A stretch of DNA of 64,000 nucleotides from Auanema rhodensis (taxonomy: Eukaryota > Animalia > Nematoda): assembly GCA_964057225.1 (NCBI GenBank), contig OZ059900.1, positions 21,266,001 through 21,330,000 of the forward strand, written 5' to 3'. The position numbers and the translations under genes were made by a program. The notes under the pieces were generated by a model, which was given only the letters and a program-made list of their open reading frames with translations, made no database searches and had not been told where the DNA came from. Each line of letters begins with the position of its first letter. The stretch's first letter is position 1. Positions 52,201-64,000 of this stretch are shown here, piece by piece.

Positions 52201-55200
52201 CAACGTCTAGTTCCACTTTCACGACAAAAAAACAGGGGTTAGAAAATTAAGGAAATTAGCATATTCTGAGGGCACGCCCCTTATGGCTAATATTGATTAA
52301 ATCGATTTTTGTTCATATGAGTCGTCAAATGCAACGAATTTCAGCGTGTTACATACTAAAATGAAGCATTTTACATGCTGAACACTAGAAAAATACAAAA
52401 ACACAGTATTTCTCATGAGAAATATTTTATTATGCTGGAAAACCAGTTTTTGGAAATTTCGCTGTAAACAAGGTTTTGACTTACGATTTCATGTGTTCAA
52501 ACTCATGCAATGTCAATGAAACCTAGCTCAAAATTGTTCGTACAACGTCTAGTTCCACTTTCACGACAAAAAAACAGGGGTTAGAAAATTAAGGAAATTA
52601 GCATATTCTGAGGGCACGCCCCTTATGGCTAATATTGATTAAATCGATTTTTGTTCATGTGAGTCGTCAAATGCAACGAATTTCAGCGTGTTACATACTA
52701 AAATGAAGCATTTTACATGCTGAACACTAGAAAAATACAAAAACACAGTATTTCCCATGAGAAATATTTTATTATGCTGGAAAACTAGTTTTTGGAAATT
52801 TCGCTGTAAACAATGTTTTGACTTACGATTTCATGTGTTCAAACTCATGCAATGTCAATGAAACCTGGCTCAAAATTGTTCGTACAACGTCTAGTTCCAC
52901 TTTCACGACAAAAAAACAGGGGTTAGAAAATTAAGGAAATTAGCATATTCTGAGGGCACGCCCCTTATGGCTAATATTGATTAAATCGATTTTTGTTCAT
53001 ATGAGTCGTCAAATGCAACGAATTTCAGCGTGTTACATACTAAAATGAATCATTTTACATGCTGAACACTAGAAAAATACAAAAACACAGTATTTCCCAT
53101 GAGAAATATTTTATTATGCTGGAAAACCAGTTTTTGGAAATTTCGCTGTAAACAAGGTTTTGACTTACGATTTCATGTGTTCAAACTCATGCAATGTCAA
53201 TGAAACCTAGCTCAAAATTGTTCGTACAACGTCTAGTTCCACTTTCACGACAAAAAAACAGGGGTTAGAAAATTAAGGAAATTAGCATATTCTGAGGGCA
53301 CGCCCCTTATGGCTAATATTGATTAAATCGATTTTTGTTCATATGAGTCGTCAAATGCAACGAATTTCAGCGTGTTACATACTAAAATGAAGCATTTTAC
53401 ATGCTGAACACTAGAAAAATACAAAAACACAGTATTTCCCATGAGAAATATTTTATTATGCTGGAAAACCAGTTTTTGGAATTTTCGCTGTAAACAAGGT
53501 TTTGACTTACGATTTCATGTGTTCAAACTCATGCAATGTCAATGAAACCTAGCTCAAAATTGTTCGTACAACGTCTAGTTCCACTTTCACGACAAAAAAA
53601 CAGGGGTTAGAAAATTAAGGAAATTAGCATATTCTGAGGGCACGCCCCTTATGGCTAATATTGATTAAATCGATTTTTGTTCATATGAGTCGTCAAATGC
53701 AACGAATTTCAGCGTGTTACATACTAAAATGAAGCATTTTACATGCTGAATACTTGAAAAATACAAAAACACAGTATTTCCCATGAGAAATATTTTATTA
53801 TGCTGGAAAACCAGTTTTTGGAAAGTTCGCTGTAAACAAGGTTTTGACTTACGATTTCATGTGTTCAAACTCATGCAATGTCAATGAAACCTAGCTCAAA
53901 ATTGTTCGTACAACGTCTAGTTCCACTTTCACGACAAAAAAAACAGGGGTTAGAAAATTAAGGAAATTAGCATATTCTGAGGGCACGCCCCTTATGGCTA
54001 ATATTGATTAAATCGATTTTTGTTCATATGAGTCGTCAAATGCAACGAATTTCAGCGTGTTACATACTAAAATGAAGCATTTCACATGCTGAACACTAAA
54101 AAAATACAAAAACACAGTATTTCCCATGAGAAATATTTTATTATGCTGGAAAACCAGTTTTTGGAAATTTCGCTGTAAACAAGGTTTTGACTTACGATTT
54201 CATGTGTTCAAACTCATGCAATGTCAATGAAACCTAGCTCAAAATTGTTCGTACAACGTCTAGTTCCACTTTCACGACAAAAAAACAGGGGTTAGAAAAT
54301 TAAGGAAATTAGCATATTCTGAGGGCACGCCCCTTATGGCTAATATTGATTAAATCGATTTTTGTTCATATGAGTCGTCAAATGCAACGAATTTCAGCGT
54401 GTTACATACTAAAATGAAGCATTTTACATGCTGAACACTAGAAAAATACAAAAACACAGTATTTCTCATGAGAAATATTTTATTATGCTGGAAAACCAGT
54501 TTTTGGAAATTTCGCTGTAAACAAGGTTTTGACTTATGATTTCATGTGTTCAAACTCATGCAATGTCAATGAAACCTAGCTCAAAATTGTTCGTACAACG
54601 TCTAGTTCCACTTTCACGACAAAAAAACAGGGGTTAGAAAATTAAGGAAATTAGCATATTCTGAGGGCACGCCCCTTATGGCTAATATTGATTAAATCGA
54701 TTTTTGTTCATATGAGTCGTCAAATGCAACGAATTTCAGCGTGTTACATACTAAAATGAAACATTTTACATGCTGAACACTAGAAAAATACAAAAACACA
54801 GTATTTTCCATGAGAAATATTTTATTATGCTGGAAAACCAGTTTTTGGAAATTTCGCTGTAAACAAGGTTTTGACTTACGATTTCATGTGTTCAAACTCA
54901 TGCAATGTCAATGAAACCTAGCTCAAAATTGTTCGTACAACGTCTAGTTCCACTTTCACGACAAAAAAACAGGGGTTAGAAAATTAAGGAAATTAGCATA
55001 TTCTGAGGGCACGCCCCTTATGGCTAATATTGATTAAATCGATTTTTGTTCATATGAGTCGTCAAATGCGACGAATTTCAGCGTGTTACATACTAAAATG
55101 AAGCATTTCACATGCTGAACACTAGAAAAATACAAAAACACAGTATTTTCCATGAGAAATATTTTATTATGCTGGAAAACCAGTTTTTGGAAACTTCGCT

Positions 55201-58200
55201 GTAAACAAGGTTTTGACTTACGATTTCATGTGTTCAAACTCATGCAATGTCAATGAAACCTAGCTCAAAATTGTTCGTACAACGTCTAGTTCCACTTTCA
55301 CGACAAAAAAACAGGGGTTAGAAAATTAAGGAAATTAGCATATTCTGAGGGCACGCCCCTTATGGCTAATATTGATTAAATCGATTTTTGTTCATGTGAG
55401 TCGTCAAATGCAACGAATTTCAGCGTGTTACATACTAAAATGAAGCATTTCACATGCTGAACACTAAAAAAATACAAAAACACAGTATTTCCCATGAGAA
55501 ATATTTTATTATGCTGGAAAACCAGTTTTTGGAAATTTCGCTGTAAACAAGGTTTTGACTTACGATTTCATGTGTTCAAACTCATGCAATGTCAATGAAA
55601 CCTAGCTCAAAATTGTTCGTACAACGTCTAGTTCCACTTTCACGACAAAAAAACAGGGGTTAGAAAATTAAGGAAATTAGCATATTCTGAGGGCACGCCC
55701 CTTATGGCTAATATTGATTAAATCGATTTTTGTTCATGTGAGTCGTCAAATGCAACGAATTTCAGCGTGTTACATACTAAAATGAAGCATTTCACATGCT
55801 GAACACTAAAAAAATACAAAAACACAGTATTTCCCATGAGAAATATTTTATTATGCTGGAAAACCAGTTTTTGGAAATTTCGCTGTAAACAAGGTTTTGA
55901 CTTACGATTTCATGTGTTCAAACTCATGCAATGTCAATGAAACCTAGCTCAAAATTGTTCGTACAACGTCTAGTTCCACTTTCACGACAAAAAAACAGGG
56001 GTTAGAAAATTAAGGAAATTAGCATATTCTGAGGGCACGCCCCTTATGGCTAATATTGATTAAATCGATTTTTGTTCATATGAGTCGTCAAATGCAACGA
56101 ATTTCAGCGTGTTACATACTAAAATGAAGCATTTTACATGCTGAACACTAGAAAAATACAAAAACACAGTATTTCTCATGAGAAATATTTTATTATGCTG
56201 GAAAACCAGTTTTTGGAAATTTCGCTGTAAACAAGGTTTTGACTTATGATTTCATGTGTTCAAACTCATGCAATGTCAATGAAACCTAGCTCAAAATTGT
56301 TCGTACAACGTCTAGTTCCACTTTCACGACAAAAAAACAGGGGTTAGAAAATTAAGGAAATTAGCATATTCTGAGGGCACGCCCCTTATGGCTAATATTG
56401 ATTAAATCGATTTTTGTTCATATGAGTCGTCAAATGCAACGAATTTCAGCGTGTTACATACTAAAATGAAACATTTTACATGCTGAACACTAGAAAAATA
56501 CAAAAACACAGTATTTTCCATGAGAAATATTTTATTATGCTGGAAAACCAGTTTTTGGAAATTTCGCTGTAAACAAGGTTTTGACTTACGATTTCATGTG
56601 TTCAAACTCATGCAATGTCAATGAAACCTAGCTCAAAATTGTTCGTACAACGTCTAGTTCCACTTTCACGACAAAAAAACAGGGGTTAGAAAATTAAGGA
56701 AATTAGCATATTCTGAGGGCACGCCCCTTATGGCTAATATTGATTAAATCGATTTTTGTTCATATGAGTCGTCAAATGCGACGAATTTCAGCGTGTTACA
56801 TACTAAAATGAAGCATTTCACATGCTGAACACTAGAAAAATACAAAAACACAGTATTTTCCATGAGAAATATTTTATTATGCTGGAAAACCAGTTTTTGG
56901 AAACTTCGCTGTAAACAAGGTTTTGACTTACGATTTCATGTGTTCAAACTCATGCAATGTCAATGAAACCTAGCTCAAAATTGTTCGTACAACGTCTAGT
57001 TCCACTTTCACGACAAAAAAACAGGGGTTAGAAAATCAAGGAAATTAGCATATTCTGAGGGCACGCCCCTTATGGCTAATATTGATTAAATCGATTTTTG
57101 TTCATATGAGTCGTCAAATGCAACGAATTTCAGCGTGTTACATACTAAAATGAAGCATTTTACATGCTGAACACTAGAAAAATACAAAAACACAGTATTT
57201 CCCATGAGAAATATTTTATTATGCTGGAAAACCAGTTTTTGGAAATTTCGCTGTAAACAATGTTTTGACTTACGATTTCATGTGTTCAAACTCATGCAAT
57301 GTCAATGAAACCTGGCTCAAAATTGTTCGTACAACGTCTAGTTCCACTTTCACGACAAAAAAACAGGGGTTAGAAAATTAAGGAAATTAGCATATTCTGA
57401 GGGCACGCCACTTATGGCTAATATTGATTAAATCGATTTTTGTTCATATGAGTCGTCAAATGCAACGAATTTCAGCGTGTTACAAACTAAAATGAAGCAT
57501 TTTACATGCTGAACACTAGAAAAATACAAAAACACAGTATTTCCCATGAGAAATATTTTATTATGCTGGAAAACCAGTTTTTGGAAATTTCGCTGTAAAC
57601 AATGTTTTGACTTACGATTTCATGTGTTCAAACTCATGCAATGTCAATGAAACCTAGCTGAAAATTGTTCGTACAACGTCTAGTTCCACTTTCACGACAA
57701 AAAAACAGGGGTTAGAAAATTAAGGAAATTAGCATATTCTGAGGGCACGCCCCTTATGGCTAATATTGATTAAATCGATTTTTGTTCATATGAGTCGTCA
57801 AATTCAACGAATTTCAGCGTGTTACATACTAAAATGAATCATTTTACATGCTGAACACTAGAAAAATACAAAAACACAGTATTTCCCATGAGAAATATTT
57901 TATTATGCTGGAAAACCAGTTTTTCGAAATTTCGCTGTAAACAAGGTTTTGACTTACGATTTCATGTGTTCAAACTCATGCAATGTCAATGAAACCTAGC
58001 TCAAAATTGTTCGTACAACGTCTAGTTCCACTTTCACGACAAAAAAACAGGGGTTAGAAAATTAAGGAAATTAGCATATTCTGAGGGCACGCCCCTTATG
58101 GCTAATATTGATTAAATCGATTTTTGTTCATATGAGTCGTCAAATGCAACGAATTTCAGCGTGTTACATACTAAAATGAAGCATTTTACATGCTGAATAC

Positions 58201-61200
58201 TTGAAAAATACAAAAACACAGTATTTCCCATGAGAAATATTTTATTATGCTGGAAAACCAGTTTTTGGAAATTTCGCTGTAAACAAGGTTTTGACTTACG
58301 ATTTCATGTGTTCAAACTCATGCAATGTCAATGAAACCTAGCTCAAAATTGTTCGTACAACGTCTAGTTCCACTTTCACGACAAAAAAAACAGGGGTTAG
58401 AAAATTAAGGAAATTAGCATATTCTGAGGGCACGCCCCTTATGGCTAATATTGATTAAATCGATTTTTGTTCATATGAGTCGTCAAATGCAACAAATTTC
58501 AGCGTGTTACATACTGAAATGAAGCATTTTACATGCTGAACACTAGAAAAATACAAAAACACAGTATTTCTCATGAGAAATATTTTATTATGCTGGAAAA
58601 CCAGTTTTTGGAAATTTCGCTGTAAACAAGGTTTTGACTTACGATTTCATGTGTTCAAACTCATGCAATGTCAATGAAACCTAGCTCAAAATTGTTCGTA
58701 CAACGTCTAGTTCCACTTTCACGACAAAAAAACAGGGGTTAGAAAATTAAGGAAATTAGCATATTCTGAGGGCACGCCCCTTATGGCTAATATTGATTAA
58801 ATCGATTTTTGTTCATATGAGTCGTCAAATGCAACGAATTTCAGCGTGTTACATACTAAAATGAAGCATTTTACATGCTGAACACTAGAAAAATACAAAA
58901 ACACAGTATTTCTCATGAGAAATATTTTATTATGCTGGAAAACCAGTTTTTGGAAATTTCGCTGTAAACAAGGTTTTGACTTACGATTTCATGTGTTCAA
59001 ACTCATGCAATGTCAATGAAACCTAGCTCAAAATTGTTCGTACAACGTCTAGTTCCACTTTCACGACAAAAAAACAGGGGTTAGAAAATTAAGGAAATTA
59101 GCATATTCTGAGGGCACGCCCCTTATGGCTAATATTGATTAAATCGATTTTTGTTCATATGAGTCGTCAAATGCAACGAATTTCAGCGTGTTACATACTA
59201 AAATGAATCATTTTACATGCTGAACACTAGAAAAATACAAAAACACAGTATTTCCCATGAGAAATATTTTATTATGCTGGAAAACCAGTTTTTGGAAATT
59301 TCGCTGTAAACAAGGTTTTGACTTACGATTTCATGTGTTCAAACTCATGCAATGTCAATGAAACCTAGCTCAAAATTGTTCGTACAACGTCTAGTTCCAC
59401 TTTCACGACAAAAAAACAGGGGTTAGAAAATTAAGGAAATTAGCATATTCTGAGGGCACGCCCCTTATGGCTAATATTGATTAAATCGATTTTTGTTCAT
59501 ATGAGTCGTCAAATGCAACGAATTTCAGCGTGTTACATACTAAAATGAAGTATTTTACATGCTGAACACTAGAAAAATACAAAAACACAGTATTTCCCAT
59601 GAGAAATATTTTATTATGCTGGAAAACCAGTTTTTGGAATTTTCGCTGTAAACAAGGTTTTGACTTACGATTTCATGTGTTCAAACTCATGCAATGTCAA
59701 TGAAACCTAGCTCAAAATTGTTCGTACAACGTCTAGTTCCACTTTCACGACAAAAAAACAGGGGTTAGAAAATTAAGGAAATTAGCATATTCTGAGGGCA
59801 CGCCCCTTATGGCTAATATTGATTAAATCGATTTTTGTTCATATGAGTCGTCAAATGCAACGAATTTCAGCGTGTTACATACTAAAATGAAGCATTTTAC
59901 ATGCTGAATACTTGAAAAATACAAAAACACAGTATTTCCCATGAGAAATATTTTATTATGCTGGAAAACCAGTTTTTGGAAATTTCGCTGTAAACAAGGT
60001 TTTGACTTACGATTTCATGTGTTCAAACTCATGCAATGTCAATGAAACCTAGCTCAAAATTGTTCGTACAACGTCTAGTTCCACTTTCACGACAAAAAAA
60101 ACAGGGGTTAGAAAATTAAGGAAATTAGCATATTCTGAGGGCACGCCCCTTATGGCTAATATTGATTAAATCGATTTTTGTTCATATGAGTCGTCAAATG
60201 CAACGAATTTCAGCGTGTTACATACTAAAATGAAGCATTTCACATGCTGAACACTAAAAAAATACAAAAACACAGTATTTCCCATGAGAAATATTTTATT
60301 ATGCTGGAAAACCAGTTTTTGGAAATTTCGCTGTAAACAAGGTTTTGACTTACGATTTCATGTGTTCAAACTCATGCAATGTCAATGAAACCTAGCTCAA
60401 AATTGTTCGTACAACGTCTAGTTCCACTTTCACGACAAAAAAACAGGGGTTAGAAAATTAAGGAAATTAGCATATTCTGAGGGCACGCCCCTTATGGCTA
60501 ATATTGATTAAATCGATTTTTGTTCTTATGAGTCGTCAAATGCAACGAATTTCAGCGTGTTACATACTAAAATGAAGCATTTTACATGCTGAACACTAGA
60601 AAAATACAAAAACACAGTATTTCTCATGAGAAATATTTTATTATGCTGGAAAACCAGTTTTTGGAAATTTCGCTGTAAACAAGGTTTTGACTTACGATTT
60701 CATGTGTTCAAACTCATGCAATGTCAATGAAACCTAGCTCAAAATTGTTCGTACAACGTCTAGTTCCACTTTCACGACAAAAAAACAGGGGTTAGAAAAT
60801 TAAGGAAATTAGCATATTCTGAGGGCACGCCCCTTATGGCTAATATTGATTAAATCGATTTTTGTTCATATGAGTCGTCAAATGCAACGAATTTCAGCGT
60901 GTTACATACTAAAATGAAACATTTTACATGCTGAACACTAGAAAAATACAAAACCACAGTATTTCCCATGAGAAATATTTTATTATGCTGGAAAACCAGT
61001 TTTTGGAAATTTCGCGAATATTTTATTATGCTGGAAAACCAGTTTTTGGAAATTTCGCTGTAAACAAGGTTTTGACTTACGATTTCATGTGTTCAAACTC
61101 ATGCAATGTCAATGAAACCTAACTCAGAATTGTTCGTACAACGTCTAGTTCCACTTTCACGACAAAAAAACAGGGGTTAGAAAATTAAGGAAATTAGCAT

Positions 61201-64000
61201 ATTCTGAGGGCACGCCCCTTATGGCTAATATTGATTAAATCGATTTTTGTTCATATGAGTCGTCAAATGCAACGAATTTCAGCGTGTTACATACTAAAAT
61301 GAAGCATTTCACATGCTGAACACTAAAAAAATACAAAAACACAGTATTTCCCATGAGAAATATTTTATTATGCTGGAAAACCAGTTTTTGGAAATTTCGC
61401 TGTAAACAAGGTTTTGACTTACGATTTCATGTGTTCAAACTCATGCAATGTCAATGAAACCTAGCTCAAAATTGTTCGTACAACGTCTAGTTCCACTTTC
61501 ACGACAAAAAAACAGGGGTTAGAAAATTAAGGAAATTAGCATATTCTGAGGGCACGCCCCTTATGGCTAATATTGATTAAATCGATTTTTGTTCATATGA
61601 GTCGTCAAATGCAACGAATTTCAGCGTGTTACATACTAAAATGAAGCATTTCACATGCTGAACACTAGAAAAATACAAAAACACAGTATTTCCCATGAGA
61701 AATATTTTATTATGCTGGAAAACCAGTTTTTGAAAATTTCGCTGTAAACAAGGTTTTGACTTACGATTTCATGTGTTCAAACTCATGCAATGTCAATGAA
61801 ACCTAGCTCAAAATTGTTCGTACAACGTCTAGTTCCACTTTCACGACAAAAAAACAGGGGTTAGAAAATTAAGGAAATTAGCATATTCTGAGGGCACGCC
61901 CCTTATGGCTAATATTGATTAAATCGATTTTTGTTCATATGAGTCGTCAAATGCAACGAATTTCAGCGTGTTACATACTAAAATGAAGCATTTTACATGC
62001 TGAACACTAGAAAAATACAAAAACACAGTATTTCTCATGAGAAATATTTTATTATGCTGGAAAACCAGTTTTTGGAAATTTCGCTGTAAACAAGGTTTTG
62101 ACTTACGATTTCATGTGTTCAAACTCATGCAATGTCAATGAAACCTAGCTCAAAATTGTTCGTACAACGTCTAGTTCCACTTTCACGACAAAAAAACAGG
62201 GGTTAGAAAATTAAGGAAATTAGCATATTCTGAGGGCACGCCCCTTATGGCTAATATTGATTAAATCGATTTTTGTTCATATGAGTCGTCAAATGCAACG
62301 AATTTCAGCGTGTTACATACTAAAATGAAGCATTTTACATGCTGAACACTAGAAAAATACAAAAACACAGTATTTCCCATGAGAAATATTTTATTATGCT
62401 GGAAAACCAGTTTTTGGAAATTTCGCTGTAAACAAGGTTTTGACTTATGATTTCATGTGTTAAAACTCATGCAATGTCAATGAAACCTGGCTCAAAATTG
62501 TTCGTACAACGTCTAGTTCCACTTTCACGACAAAAAAAAGGGGTTAGAAAATTAAAAAAATTAGCATATTCTGAGGGCACGCCCCTTATGGCTAATATTG
62601 ATTAAATCGATTTTTGTTCATATGAGTCGTCAAATGCAACGAATTTCAGCGTGTTACATACTAAAATGAAACATTTTACATGCTGAACACTAGAAAAATA
62701 CAAAAACACAGTATTTCCCATGAGAAATATTTTATTATGCTGGAAAACCAGTTTTTGGAAATTTCGCTGTAAACAAGGTTTTGACTTATGATTTCATGTG
62801 TTAAAACTCATGCAATGTCAATGAAACCTAGCTCAAAATTGTTCGTACAACGTCTAGTTCCACTTTCACGACAAAAAACTGGGGTTAGAAAATCAAGGAA
62901 ATTAGCATATTCTGAGGGCACGCCCCTTATGGCTAATATTGATTAAATCGATTTTTGTTCATATGAGTCGTCAAATGCAACGAATTTCAGCGTGTTACAT
63001 ACTAAAATGAAGCATTTTACATGCTGAACACTAGAAAAATACAAAAACACAGTATTTCCCATGAGAAATATTTTATTATGCTGGAAAACCAGTTTTTGGA
63101 AATTTCGCTGTAAACAATGTTTTGACTTACGATTTCATGTGTTCAAACTCATGCAATGTCAATGAAACCTGGCTCAAAATTGTTCGTACAACGTCTAGTT
63201 CCACTTTCACGACAAAAAAACAGGGGTTAGAAAATTAAGGAAATTAGCATATTCTGAGGGCACGCCCCTTATGGCTAATATTGATTAAATCGATTTTTGT
63301 TCATATGAGTCGTCAAATGCAACGAATTTCAGCGTGTTACATACTAAAATGAATCATTTTACATGCTGAACACTAGAAAAATACAAAAACACAGTATTTC
63401 CCATGAGAAATATTTTATTATGCTGGAAAACCAGTTTTTGGAAATTTCGCTGTAAACAAGGTTTTGACTTACGATTTCATGTGTTCAAACTCATGCAATG
63501 TCAATGAAACCTAGCTCAAAATTGTTCGTACAACGTCTAGTTCCACTTTCACGACAAAAAAACAGGGGTTAGAAAATTAAGGAAATTAGCATATTCTGAG
63601 GGCACGCCCCTTATGGCTAATATTGATTAAATCGATTTTTGTTCATATGAGTCGTCAAATGCAACAAATTTCAGCGTGTTACATACTGAAATGAAGCATT
63701 TTACATGCTGAACACTAGAAAAATACAAAAACACAGTATTTCTCATGAGAAATATTTTATTATGCTGGAAAACCAGTTTTTGGAAATTTCGCTGTAAACA
63801 AGGTTTTGACTTACGATTTCATGTGTTCAAACTCATGCAATGTCAATGAAACCTAACTCAAAATTGTTCGTACAACGTCTAGTTCCACTTTCACGACAAA
63901 AAAACAGGGGTTAGAAAATTAAGGAAATTAGCATATTCTGAGGGCACGCCCCTTATGGCTAATATTGATTAAATCGATTTTTGTTCATATGAGTCGTCAA
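49269..64000 (-). repeat. Reverse satellite block (~43 monomers, right-type variants)
   Basis: Reverse-complement monomers, 342-bp period with occasional A-tract +/-1 changes and one 43-bp insertion; no further orientation switch. Confidence 0.96.
60974..61058. repeat. 42-bp tandem duplication plus one G inside a monomer (43-bp insertion)
   Basis: AATATTTTATTATGCTGGAAAACCAGTTTTTGGAAATTTCGC at 60974-61015 and 61017-61058. Confidence 0.95.

Larger units (their letters stand above)
1..64000. repeat. 342-bp AT-rich tandem satellite DNA array (~187 monomer-equivalents), both orientations
   Basis: ATTTCCTTAATTTTCTAACCCC recurs at 1, 343, 1027 etc. (period 342). All bases belong to this monomer or its reverse complement apart from 1-5-nt junction fillers. 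115/342 G+C in monomer 1. The array runs off both window ends. Confidence 0.99.

Noticed and set aside
60928-61122. 64-aa ORF MLNTRKIQNH...
   Set aside because: Created by the 43-bp duplication, which shifts frame and fuses two satellite reading frames
1-64000. CRISPR array or repeat-spacer system
   Set aside because: No unique spacers; the entire 342-bp unit is repeated and there are no cas genes

Overview
The whole 64-kb window is one AT-rich satellite DNA family (about 34% GC, counted on monomer 1) with a 342-bp monomer, about 187 monomer-equivalents, and no unique sequence. It looks like eukaryotic (peri)centromeric or heterochromatic satellite; there are no credible genes, RNA genes, transposons or CRISPR arrays, and the nine ORFs are by-products of satellite variants. 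The architecture is the interesting part. (i) 1-22672 is a forward-oriented block of near-identical monomers. (ii) At ~22673-22703 the array folds back through a complex junction into reverse orientation. (iii) Between 29828 and 49270, twelve short forward islands (104, 446 or 788 bp) are bounded by the same two junctions. They form a higher-order repeat (HOR) of 359+342n bp (701-2411 bp) that contains an inversion in every unit. Diagnostic variants show this HOR is an inverted, tandemly amplified copy of the main inversion breakpoint, and it appears to keep an older, undeleted state of that breakpoint. (iv) ~49900-64000 is a more variable reverse block that resumes with a direct repeat of ~23390-25400. 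In total there are 25 orientation switches. Species, centromere function and mechanism are inference, not shown by the sequence.
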